Below, one piece after another: positions 54,801 to 64,000 of a stretch of 64,000 nt of DNA (position 1 is the stretch's first letter; every line of letters starts with the position of its first letter). The notes beneath the pieces are model-generated. The model saw only the letters and a program-made list of their open reading frames with translations, did no database searches and was not told where the DNA came from. The translations under genes and the position numbers were made by a program. Source of the DNA: Raillietiella orientalis (Eukaryota); assembly GCA_036172245.1 (NCBI GenBank), contig JAYWIR010000009.1:2852001-2916000 (forward strand). Reading direction: 5' to 3'.

Positions 54801-57800
54801 CATCGCCGAAAAGGGGCACCCGAAAGGAGGCTGCATGCCCGCACCCTAGTTCTCTAAGTGCTCCCGCGTGCCGCCTCTGGAGACCCACCTCATGACTTCG
54901 TTTTGTTTCGCGCTGCTGAATGATCGGTTTGTCGCATTGCCTGCGGCATTGCTTCCCCACTTTGCAGCACTGACCACGAAGGTGTCTACGGCTCGGGAAA
55001 AGTTCCATTCGCTCAAAGACACACGAGCACCATCATGCGGTGCGTGGGTGGAGCACCAGAAGAGGCAAGTCCTCCCATGTGAACTCTATGGCCGCTCAGC
55101 AGATCGCTCGGAGTGCAGTCCGAAGCTCTTCGAAAACATGCAAGAGGCCCGAAGAGATCATTCTGTCGAGATTTTGATTAAGGTTCGCAAGAGCTGCGTT
55201 GTCCGCGAGATTGCTAATTATCACGGCGGTCGTCGTGCGGTACGTTTAGTCACACCAAAGTCATTTGCTGCCCTCCTTGAGGTTTCACGTTACGTGCTGA
55301 TTTCAATTCATGGAATGGGATTTTTTTGTGTGTGTCGTTTTCATCCCCGAGCAAAAAATCCATCGGGAAAGTTTGGGCTTTCGCAGAAACTGACCTCTTT
55401 CGGACGTGCGTTTCCTTGTGACTCAAGGACACTGTGGTTACCTCTGGCTGTGAGTTTTTCCTGTGCACTGATTTATTTCTTTTCCAAGGGTGCTTCGGTG
55501 ATTGTGGCTGTTTTCTTTGGGCGTTGCATGATGAAGGCGGCAGGTGCTTGAGGGCTTCGTCCTGGAAGGGGACTGATGCGTATCATGAGCGATGTTGACC
55601 AAGCATCTGTTTTTCCCGTTAGCGTCCGGCACGTCCTCGCAGAGCATCTCTTCCTTGATTGGGAAAGACAAAGCAACATGCACAGAGAACCATCAGAGAG
55701 TGCATCTGACAACGGCTTCGTGTTGGTGTATCGATTATTGAGCGACTTCCCTGATATTTGTTTTTCGGCCATCAGCTCTGTCAAAAATCCCGGCACCCCA
55801 TCTACGATGGGAAGGAAATGGTTTTCCTTGGGTTGTTTCGGAAGTCAGAAGGGTTTCGTGCTATCACGAGAGGTTGCCGTTATCTTGTGCGATGTTGCTC
55901 CACTCTCACCGCCAGGAAAACGGAAGCCACATAAAGTTCGTCTCTGCTGGCATCAGCAGTCGGCCACCTCGGACGAATTGATCGTGGGGTGCTCCGAGCT
56001 CATTCAGATGGGAGACGATTCGCCATGTTCCAATCTTCCAGCTGTCACGCTGTAATGCACACTGGGAAATTCCAAGCGGCGAACTTTTATTTTCTTTAAC
56101 GGCCTCATCTTGATGCGTGAGCCAGTGTGAGTGTCCAGTGCTTTAGGAGGGCCAGCAAGTAGGGCGCTTCAGTCCATTACTGTTGCCATCGAGGAAGTGA
56201 AGCATGTTTAGAGGAAATTCAGTTTTGCCTAATGACTGTAGAACAGCCTCTCGGAGTGTCCAAACTCGTAATGCGGCCATCTCTTCACGTCCACAGCGAT
56301 TCCGGCGCGAAAAACGGACGTTTCTGGAATCCCTTGATAATATTAATACACCCTTCTTGTCTAGTGGCGCGCACGCTTCCGGGGACTTTTTCCAACGGCA
56401 CTGCCTTGACCAGATTTGCTCGTCTTGCTGCTCGCGATTCGATCCCGGGTACGATTTCTTACAACTTTCTCTCGACGGTTTCAAGCGGACGCGGGTAGCA
56501 TCGCGGGAGCTCTTCTCCGGGTGGTTTTTCATCCACTTGCCCATCCTTGTGGGACGTGCTTTCGTTTTTCTTTTCGTGCCTTCCTCTTTCCGTTCTTTCT
56601 GTTGTTTCCCTTTTTTTTTTTTTTTTTTTTTTTTTTTCCCGCTTGTGAATGGGTTTCCAGTCACCTTTAAGCAGTCACACCACGGCTGTAGGAGAGTACT
56701 CCATCATGTTGCTCGTTAGCTGTCTTGGTATCTCTTTCCCTGACAAAAGATAAAATAAAAGTAAAAAAAATAAGTCGAGTCTGGAATTCTTGTTTTCTTT
56801 TCTCGAAGACGAAGACATGCTGCACTAATTGGGGGAGTGTTTCACGCTGTTGGAACGAAGTGGTTTATCCGCGGACAAAGGGACGCTCTTCGCCGAAGTG
56901 GCGGCTGATTATCCGAGGAATGGCCAGCAAGCTGCAGAGAAGACCTAGCCCTCCACGTCAAGTTTTTTTTTTTTTTTTTCTACTGGTCAATTGAGAAAAC
57001 GCCCGACAAGCGATGCAACTGGAGTCAAGTTCCAGTAGAGATCAGATCTGGGCTCCTCCCCCTCGAAGGGAAAGGGCGTTCCTGGGACCGTGGTGTCGCA
57101 GAAGCGTTCCGTTGCTGTTCCATCCCCACGGCATCCGTAGGCAGGTTCCTCCGGCGCTGCTTGTGTTCTTGGTGTAATTGTGACGCGGATGCCGATCTTC
57201 CCGGTTCTGGGGTGTCGCTTGAGGGTGCGGGACGGGAGCAGCACGAGCGCAACAGGGTCCCAATCATCTGTGGTTTCCTTGAGCATCCGGCTGCTCTCAT
57301 CCCTGAAAGGCAATTTCGACTGCTCGTCCTATAAACCGAGGGTAATGGGGAACCCCCCTCCCCTCCTCCCGCGATTCCTCTTGTTTCCTTCCTGCTCCTC
57401 CGACTCCCATTGTCTTAATCTGTTTGAATCAATGGTTCACGCTTGATTCTTTTTCCCTCAATGCAATAAGAAATTCATTTTATGTGGATGTAAATCAGAG
57501 GATTAAACCAGTGAATTGCAGCTCACATCTTTGAGAACGGAATCCGGAGACAGGGCCACCGCCGAAATCAAAATAACGGTCGATTCTAGCGATAATGGAG
57601 AAGAATATCGTTGTGAAGCGTCCAACGAAGCCCTTGTTAACCCACTCATTGTCAGAACCTCCTTGAAAGTTTACTGTAAGTGGTTCCAGCTATCAAAGTG
57701 AATTGTTCCTTTGCCTGCATCTTTGGCTGTAAGCTTGGTGTTCTTTTCCTTGATTCACTTTCCTCCTTCCTCTTCCTGTTTCAGTCGATCTTTCCATCCT

Positions 57801-60800
57801 CACCTGCAGTGTTTCACGCGCGCAGCCCTGCTCTTAGCTCTCCTGTTTTCTGATGTCTTCTGCTGACGAGTCCGCGTCGGTTTCAGTTCCTCCTCGATAC
57901 GTAAAGGTCAAAATCAAGCCAAAGAAACTGAAAGTTGGGGAGAGAGCGACTTTGTCCTGCGAATCGAGGAGCAGCAACCCAGAGGCGACCCTGACCTGGT
58001 GGAGGCAAGGATTCCTCATTTCCGGTGGTGAAGTGCAGATATCTCCTTCTTCCGACGGAGGAAAATCGAGCCGAAGCATTCTCTACGTGACCGTGAACTC
58101 AACCGATCACGAAGCCGTGTACACGTGCCAGGCGACCAACGAAGAACTGAGTCAGAGCATTCACGACGCCATCACTCTGGAAGTATCTTGTAAGTGTCCA
58201 TGTTGGTGTTTGGCTTTTTGTGCGTTTGCGTGACCACCGACCCTCCTGCTCCGTCTTTAAACGGTTCTTCCTCCCTTTTTCCAAAAGAGTGCACTTCCGG
58301 AACTCTCTCGAGGCTGCAGACGTTGGTCTGCATGGTGGTTGCGCTTCAGACTATCCGCTTGTCTTTAGCTGCGAAAGGATTGTGGTACATTTCATCCGCT
58401 TCATCTTATTGCTTACCGGCGCCATCCAGGAAGATTGGTATCAAAATTCATTTAGCGCCGTTAAAACCCTGGGCACATCCTGCTCCCAGCTTTCACAGCT
58501 TCAGCAACGGAAACTTCTCGACCGTGTTATCGAAACAATTCGAAGTCGGCCGCTTGTTATTTCTGCCGCCTTCCCTTCAATCATTCTGGTCTTTTCCCCT
58601 CCTCCACCCGGATAATCGACTTCCCTTACGGAGCACAAGGTTGTGCTTCTCTTAGCCCGATCACCGGCCGGAATGAAGCTACCCTCAAGGCTTTCCTCTG
58701 ATCAGTAGACCGGACCGCGCAATTCTTGTCTGCACCATCCCTCGTTGGACTGCCGCCTTCGGGGACGTAGAGGGATTTCTGAAGTGATGGGGGGTAGATG
58801 ACTGCGCGTTCCGTTGGCACAAATTGGTGTGGCACCGGTATATGTCCAGGGAGGATCCTATGCCGGAGCACATCCTGCTTGGTGCAGCACCATTTTAGTG
58901 GACTCTTAGGCGTGCAGTGCGCCTCGAAGGCACACTGCGAAATTCGGAAGAGATTTTAAAGCGTCCTGGGAATTGAAGATTTGAGTACACATCAGAGGAG
59001 GCCAACTTCTAGTTTCTGAGTTACCAAAGACCACTTGGACTCTTTGAGGATGTTATCCAAGAATGACGGGGATTCATGTCGGAGGAGAGGGGAATTCTTC
59101 CCGCTTTCCAAGATTTTATCCTCTCCAGAGCACTCCGGCGTTTCATCCTGTCTGTGATCCAAGATGTCCTGGCTGTGCTGAGTGTGGATGCAGACCGTCA
59201 TCTTCATGTTTTCTGCGCGTATGGGACGGAAAACTTATCACAGTTCGGTTTCCGCTTCATCGTGAGCTCATCCCTGCCTTCCACGAGTTCACGGGTGAAC
59301 TCGTGGAATTTGCGTAGCCAGGAAAGAGCCTCACGGAAGCTGCGTAGGGATCCTCCAAGGAAACATGCACGAATGTAATGTGGTGTGAAATCGGTCCAAC
59401 GGATTCCTTTAGTCGCATCATTTCATCTGTTCCAGACACTCTCGAATAGAATGCATTTGATTATCACGATCGGGCCCCTCTTAAAGCAAGGCGTGCCATC
59501 CAGCAGAACAGTAAACAGTGCGCACGATCTAACTGGACTCGGCCTTACGTGCACAAACAAGAAATCGAAGGGAATGAATTTCCTTGAAGAATATTCGGTC
59601 CTTTTTAATTGGTTCGTTCGGAAGCGCGTGGATATTGCTGGTGCCCCAGGAAGAGAAAAAAAACTAAAAATAAACTTCAGTGGAATGGATATGTGATTTC
59701 AAAACATGAGATAAAGATACTGTTCAAAATTGTGATTGCCAGCGAGATGGCGCATTCCGAAAGCGGTGGTAGTAAATAAGAAATTGAATGAATTTCGGTT
59801 CTGGGATGAGGATGCTGGATCAGCGACCGTGATTGGCTGTGAAGAGCTTCCGAGGAAGCCGTTTTTAATTTCGCCGTTTCGGATCTTTCAGTGCAGTTGC
59901 ATCGAAAGGAGTCTTATGTGCGAGGATCTGTCCGGAAAAAGAGAGTCCAGGAAAGTCGCGTTTCGTGATGAGGCTGCTGGTGCGCCTCGTACTCAACGGT
60001 GGGCGTTTTCGCTCCGGAAGTTGTCACCTTGGCGAAGGGGGCTTTGCCAAATTGTAGTCGCGCTCCATCAAACGATGCCGCGGCAAAACTCACTTCTCAA
60101 CAGGGCCAGATCAAAACAAATCACGAGACTCCCTCCCTCTCCTGTCTTTCCCTTGCCGTTCTTCGAGGGTTTCGAGAAAGGTGGGTCGGGTTCGCTTCAG
60201 AATTTGGCACGAAACGGCGCAGGAGCGCCGGTTTGTCATTCTCGGAGAACGCATGCGCGACGCCTGGCGTGTCACGAATATGTCTCGGTCATGCCCTTTC
60301 AAGACTTCAATGGCCTTTGTTTATATTGTGGTTTTATATTTATCCGTTTATCTTCCCCCTCTTTCCTTCACCTTTCCAAAGCTAGCCTCGCCGGCTGGTT
60401 GCGCAGCATCCGCCTTCTAGCATTCGGAACTTTGTGGTACCTGGCTCCGTGCAAATCTGGTTGTGTTGGTTGATCGCGAATAAAACGCCCCAACGATTCC
60501 GAGTTCAGACCGAAGTGGCTCGTTGCAGGTGGCCCGCGAAATCTTCTCTTTCAAAACCCAAAAGAGGCGCCAATCAACACCAACACTGAGATCTTCGACC
60601 TCTTCCATTCCAGCACGGAACGCAGCGTTTCTGCTCCCGGCCATAATAACTCCTCCTTGTACTTTTTAGTCAAGCCCGAGTTCGTCGGTGGACACCCCGA
60701 CAGAATGGACGTTGCTGAGGGAGAGCCCGTCGTCCTCAACTTCACTGCAAGAAGCAACCCGGCAATCGCCACGTACCTCTGGACCAGGAACGGCGCGAAC

Positions 60801-61647
60801 CTCGCGCGCAGCTACGCGCCCCGTGCCAATAACGCCCTCATAAGTATCGACGGCCCCGTTCTGAAAATCGCAGTGATCAACAGGAACGACACGGGAACGT
60901 ACAAGCTGGAGGTCACCAACACGGAAGGAACCTCCTATAAATCCGTCTACATCAACGTGCGATGTAAGTTCGCGCTTTCTTGCCTGCCGTCTGTTGGGTC
61001 AGTGCGCCGGACTGCGTGCCCGCGTCCGTCCACTGCGGTTTCTTTGTCGCTGCCATTCCTCGTCGATTTGTTCTTCGGGAAACTTTGGAGGAATTCCACG
61101 GTGTTGTTATCACACCTTCCGCCCGTGTTAATCTTCCTCCCTAATACGGAAATCGAATGCACTCCGGCGCCTCTGCGGCTACGCAGCAGCGGCAGCGAGT
61201 GCCACGAGTTTTCAGATCCGACCTGCGTCTTGTTTGCGAGGTTGCGCAGACTTTTTTAAAGAGAGAACGCCGGGGAGCATTCTCCAGAGGCGCTGGGTGG
61301 GATCAGGCGTGGTGCGAAAGCGCACTGCAGCCTTCCGCAGCCCTCATGCTTCCTTTTCTCTTCAGATCCCCCTGTTGTCACAGAAATCTCGTCTCCTGTC
61401 GTAATCACTGCAAGGACCAATGCGTTCCTGGAATGCTCCGTGGACGCCAACCCTCTTGCAGACACGACAATCTCCTGGATGAGGGAAGGCTATCCCATGG
61501 AGAACAAGACCAGAACATCTTACAACAACGGCAAGCTTTACCTGACTGTGTTCAACGTGTCCCGGGAAGACACCGGGATATTCACCTGTGTCGCCAACAA
61601 CGGCGTAGGCCAAGCAACGAACAGAACGGCACTGCTGATAGTGAAAT
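32199..61647 (+). CDS. sns: Nephrin / sticks-and-stones (Sns/Hibris/SYG-2 family) Ig-superfamily adhesion protein, partial: join(32199..32339,44006..44191,47381..47533,52727..52897,52953..53243,53302..53616,53666..53802,57522..57675,57887..58189,60670..60963,61366..61647)
   Basis: Eleven exons with canonical AG/GT ends and compatible phases splice into an open 2427-nt frame. The product is colinear with Drosophila Sns as I recall it: VQWTKDGFALG, DDAVYQCQVGP, CIVTNAKPAA, CRSRGGNPLAQLIW, CTTSVSNP, GGWITVSNIT, GNPLATLKW, YRCEASN, SSNP..LTWW, YTCQATNE.L, LLIVK. Eight Ig-like domains are present; both the 5' and 3' ends are missing. sns versus hbs orthology cannot be resolved by eye. Confidence 0.93.
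32844..32879. repeat. (GT)18 microsatellite
   Basis: Read directly from the sequence. Confidence 0.95.
33730..33965 (-). mobile_element. Possible decayed Ty3/Gypsy integrase fragment
   Basis: IHRG..ARS...MDAKNICNFAQGRAC...QWP..GQVHTDY..GPF loosely parallels LH.GH.G..ARSYVWWPG.D.DIE..C..C...WP..RVH.DYAGPF. Identity is low. Confidence 0.25.
34047..34109. repeat. 63-nt poly(T) tract
   Basis: Read directly from the sequence; the longest of many homopolymer runs in the window. Confidence 0.95.
38550..38900 (-). mobile_element. Decayed LINE APE-endonuclease fragment
   Basis: AGDFFGLHPL* (38750-38782, TAG where TGG/W is expected; cf. AGDFNAHHPLW), followed by HGGELVFE..DL and TSRVD. Confidence 0.35.
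39950..40950 (-). mobile_element. Decayed RTE-like LINE, endonuclease and linker region
   Basis: RWNTK, AL..ETRLT (ETRLT at 40791-40805), EGHTNVHSGG (40730-40759, cf. GYT...SG), APDRNTFLV..FAGVG (cf. GDFNA.VG), then NFFKDL and RSMKN further 3'. Order is correct but the frame is heavily shifted. Confidence 0.45.
44006..44191 (+). CDS. sns: nephrin/sns exon: C-half of Ig1 (GFNRSLPGYATYKLEGDADKGEHHLRISNVSLEDDAVYQCQVGPSKAQGHQQILAEGKLVVL)
   Basis: Acceptor tttcctttccag, donor T|gtaagt; 186 nt, phase 1-1; DxAxYxC motif. Absent from the ORF track and translated by hand. Confidence 0.93.
44810..46150 (+). mobile_element. Decayed LINE reverse-transcriptase fragments (RTE-like)
   Basis: GYAADELL (44921-44944, cf. 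YADD), NIKYLDSVV (45122-45148, cf. FKYLGS), STLSRFDG (~45925) and AFHGVGGVCKD..LSTRRK (~46000-46060). May be more than one fragment. Confidence 0.35.
47381..47533 (+). CDS. sns: nephrin/sns exon: N-half of Ig2 (LPPLTIQITGRSDGESIDIPENTPVYLECIVTNAKPAATIKWYKNSQEVFF)
   Basis: Acceptor attttcatag, donor G|gtgggt; 153 nt, phase 1-1. Confidence 0.9.
52727..52897 (+). CDS. sns: nephrin/sns exon: C-half of Ig2 (EPSATETKEGTLPKRQNTRSRITVIPRASDDKSTYTCTAYHPALPSAMSSSVVLNVF)
   Basis: Acceptor cctttccag, donor T|gtaagt; 171 nt, phase 1-1; YTCxAxHxAL motif. Confidence 0.9.
52953..53243 (+). CDS. sns: nephrin/sns exon: Ig3 (YPPGAPEIIGYSDGE...CRSRGGNPLAQLIWSKNG...YRCEASN...RLSVR)
   Basis: Acceptor ggtttag, donor T|gtgagt; 291 nt, phase 1-1. 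Confidence 0.93.
53302..53616 (+). CDS. sns: nephrin/sns exon: Ig4 (FGPAKLTIIG...CTTSVSNPAAKVIW...GGWITVSNIT...CHAYN...VSVI)
   Basis: Acceptor tctctgtttag, donor T|gtaggt; 315 nt, phase 1-1. Confidence 0.93.
53666..53802 (+). CDS. sns: nephrin/sns exon: N-half of Ig5 (YPPSAPYLTGYTSNKPLVAGSVIHLLCNSDRGNPLATLKWFKGRRE)
   Basis: Acceptor tgaccag, donor GAG|gtaagg; 137 nt, phase 1-0; translated by hand. Confidence 0.9.
57522..57675 (+). CDS. sns: nephrin/sns exon: C-half of Ig5 (LTSLRTESGDRATAEIKITVDSSDNGEEYRCEASNEALVNPLIVRTSLKVY)
   Basis: Acceptor aattgcag with a weak pyrimidine tract (an in-frame TAA at 57504 rules out an earlier start); donor T|gtaagt; 154 nt, phase 0-1. Confidence 0.88.
57887..58189 (+). 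CDS. sns: nephrin/sns exon: Ig6 (FPPRYVKVKIKP...CESRSSNPEATLTWW...YTCQATNEELSQSIHDAITLEVS)
   Basis: Acceptor gtttcag, donor T|gtaagt; 303 nt, phase 1-1. Confidence 0.93.
58280..58950 (+). mobile_element. Decayed RTE-clade LINE remnant (endonuclease end joined to ORF C-terminus)
   Basis: HFRNSLEAADVGLHGGCASDYPLV (58292-58363, cf. RFRNS......GAD..SDH.LV) and FRWHKLVWHRYMSREDPMPEHILLG (58809-58883, cf. RRKL.WFGHV.R.D..PK.IL.G). Confidence 0.55.
60670..60963 (+). CDS. sns: nephrin/sns exon: Ig7 / 'spacer' Ig-like domain without cysteines (FKPEFVGG...YLWTRNG...DTGTYKLEVTNTEG...INVR)
   Basis: Acceptor actttttag, donor T|gtaagt; 294 nt, phase 1-1. Confidence 0.92.
61366..61647 (+). CDS. sns: nephrin/sns exon: Ig8 (YPPVVTEISS...LECSVDANPL...WMREGY...DTGIFTCVANNGVG...LLIVK)
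   Basis: Acceptor ttttctcttcag, donor T|gtaagt; 282 nt, phase 1-1. Confidence 0.93.
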
Positions 61648-62064
61648 GTAAGTTGGCGCAAAGCCCATTTCGCGAGGCTCTTCTTTCCTGCTCACATCTG
61701 CAAAGAGGCGACCGCGAATTCCAACTTGACCCCGAAGCTGGCATCGTACGATACGCGACCTGAGCATTTCTTTCTACGTGGGATGGAGGTCTTAAAGCTG
61801 ATCGAAAGGCACAACAAAAAATGAATCCGACTGAAGCTCCAAGAGAGCCTTGATGTACCCTCCGTGCATTCTTAATGAGCTCTCCCTTCCCGCGGAAATT
61901 GCCGCTGATTAATTCAAATGGGTGTTGGTAATGCTGTTGCCGGAAAAGTGCAGCGAAGAGTTCAAAGGCCGTCTATCGTTTGCAGCATCTACCGTGAACG
62001 CAAGTCGTCGGGGGTTGTTGGTTTGGCCGTGCAAGGTGATCGGGCGGCAGCAACCGCACGTTGC

Positions 62065-62431
62065 TGATTTCGAGCTCGTATCCTTGGTCACCTCTTTCGT
62101 GCCTTCCGAAACGCTTGGCCAATTCCTCCCGGGCCAGCAGCAGGCGCACTGCCGTCCGTGCCTCCCGGCTGGTGACAGTCGTGCGCTTCTTGCGGTGCGA
62201 CAAAGGGATGCTTCTCTTCTGCAGCGGTGTTCTCGAAGACGAGGCTGTTCATGATCGACATGCGAGATACCCGTGTGCGGGTGCACCTGCTTCGACACTT
62301 TGTCGATGGAGATCGCGTAGCTTTCCTTCCCCTTCCGCTTTTTCTTGTTCTTCCCCTTCTTCCTTGTTCCCTGTCTTCTGAGCTTTACCAGCCTTCTTTG
62401 CTGCTTTTCCACTTCCGGACTTGGGAGTCAT
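62065..62431 (-). pseudogene. H2B: Histone H2B pseudogene, nested antisense in a nephrin/sns intron
   Basis: Across three minus-strand frames: MTPKSGSGKAAKKAGKAQK / KKKRKGKESYAISIDKVSKQVHPHTGIS / MSIMNSLV-FENTAAE / SHRKKRTTVTSREARTAVRLLL / ELAK / VSEGTKEVTKDTSSK. This is a full-length match to canonical arthropod-type H2B with several frameshifts, small deletions and TCA at the expected stop position. Confidence 0.95.
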
Positions 62432-62996
62432 CGTACTCTTTTGCACTCCTTCTACGCACTTTTCACTAGGCGAGAATTACGCGCTTCATACTACACTGTC
62501 AGTCCCTTGAGCTGACCAAAGGGTGCATTGCCTAGGGCAGACGCAAGATCTGTTGTGCAGGACGTACCCAGATCAATCGAGCGAGAGTTTTGTGGATTGT
62601 GAGGTCACCCACACTTGTATGAATACAAAAAAAAAAGGTTGTCCTCGTGGAGTTTCTTCGAGGAATCGGTTAGTCTTGCAGTGGACGGTTAGCCTGCGAG
62701 ATCTTTTCCTAACGAAGGACCATCGTTAACTGTAGTTCTGTAGGCACTTGTCTTGCACTCCATCCTTCAGTAATCTTGTTTGTAACGGAGTGAAGTGTGG
62801 CAAAAATCTTCTCGAAGTAAAAAACGAAGGAGGCAAATTGTGTGCCCAAACAAGTGATTAAGGTGAACTCACTGGATAACCAGTTCCTCTGCACTGCACG
62901 GCTGTCTCATCCTTTTAGACATACTCTGCCACAATAGTGCGTAACCCTTGGACTCTTCGATGCTCCCTCTTTCGACCCCTCGCAAAGCTGCTCTTT

Positions 62997-63060
62997 CCTT
63001 CTACACCACCATGTTGCTTCTTCCTTCCACCCTTCTACATCACCATGTTTCTCCTTCCTT
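62997..63060. repeat. Small tandem duplication, 2 x ~30 bp (ccttctacaYcaccatgttKctYcttcctt), period 34
   Basis: Copies start at 62997 and 63031. Confidence 0.85.
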
Positions 63061-64000
63061 GGTTTCATCTACAGGGTTGCCTTTCCTTCCTTTCACTTCC
63101 TGACACCCCCCATTGCGCTGTGGCTGCTGGAACCGCCCTACACGGTGCTGTTGTAAAACCTTCGACGCCACTGTGCTGAAGTGGCGGTGTGGTGGTTTGA
63201 ACCAGAACAGTTTGTGCTAACCACAGAATGCTCTTCAACTCCCTTGTACCCTGCGTGCGACGAGGAACGCAAGGAACTCGTGGAGGTGGTGAATCCCTCT
63301 CGTTCGCGCGCCGACGAAGCTCCTGCACGGATGTCGTCGGAGATGGGAGGTGCACTGCTGCTGCACGAACCATGGCGCTCCCAGGTTTCCCACCAGGGAG
63401 GAGACGGGGAAAGGAAGCGAAGCTCTCGCAAGCCGAGCGCCGGCGCTGGCTCCGGACTGTCTTGCTCCTGCCGAGCGCTCGCTCACCGCCTCTGTCTGCG
63501 CTTTCCTCCGGACCCCCCTTGCGTTGCAGCAGGAGGTCTGTTGGTGGGACGAGTCCCGAACTTTGGCCGAGGACAGATCCGGCAATTTCGTCTTCAGGCG
63601 ACGCATGCACCGAGTCGGACGCGGAGCGGAGCCCGCCGAAGTTTCCTCTCTCCGTCATCGCGCAGGTCATCGTCAAGGCAAGCACGCAGAGTCCTTTACG
63701 CTGCTCTGGGTGAAAGGGTGGTGAGCGCGCTCCTGTTTCTTCATGGAAGATTCTCGTCTTTCGCCCACGTTTCCCAAGAGAGCGACACGCCATCGATGGG
63801 CCCTGCAGAGTGCGTCGCGGAAGAACTCTTCTTCCTGACCACTCTCTAGCGGGAGCTGCACGTGCTCTTTCCCCGATCCTCCAACCTCCTGTTTCCAGGA
63901 GACCAGAGGGCGTGGAAAGCGGGAAGGGTTCATGGGAGCAGGATCCCGCGCGCTAGGCATGGGGCAACGCGGTCGTCGGACTGTCCACTCCGCTCGGGGG

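Noticed and set aside
51820..55670. Faint RT-like strings (VTFRGDLQKDF ~51828; GLRPGRG and LFLDWE ~55550-55665)
   Set aside because: These are single short motifs, too weak to call without a search.
32340..61365. Dscam-like arrays of mutually exclusive Ig exons
   Set aside because: I looked for duplicated Ig half-exons in the long introns and saw none; each exon appears to be single-copy.
60205..62695. H2A-like fragments (NGAGAPV ~60213; SSRNRLVLQWTVS ~62655)
   Set aside because: The similarity does not extend in any frame and is consistent with chance.
1..64000. CRISPR arrays, operons, rRNA/tRNA genes, prokaryotic defence systems
   Set aside because: There are no repeat-spacer arrays or recognisable structural RNA genes; the DNA is clearly intron-containing animal sequence.

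Overview
This is eukaryotic (animal, most likely arthropod/protostome) genomic DNA, not prokaryotic: it has GT-AG introns, many microsatellites and homopolymer runs, and no operons, rRNA/tRNA or CRISPR that I can support. The main feature is a + strand multi-exon gene for a nephrin / sticks-and-stones / hibris / SYG-2 family Ig adhesion protein. Eleven coding exons (32199-61647, 2427 nt, about 809 codons) splice in frame and encode Ig domains 1-8. The signal-peptide exon was not located, and Ig9, FN3, TM and the cytoplasmic tail must lie beyond the window. A frameshifted histone H2B pseudogene sits antisense in the last visible intron. The long introns and the left end hold heavily decayed LINE (mostly RTE-like) remnants, recognised by eye from short motifs only. 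Positions ~3.3-28 kb look non-coding and regulatory, and include a compact Su(H)/Twist/MEF2 motif cluster at ~12.4-12.7 kb. The most interesting speculative signals are two frame-preserving candidate microexons that would alter the Ig1 binding face and the Ig1-Ig2 linker. I found no convincing wholly new multi-gene system.
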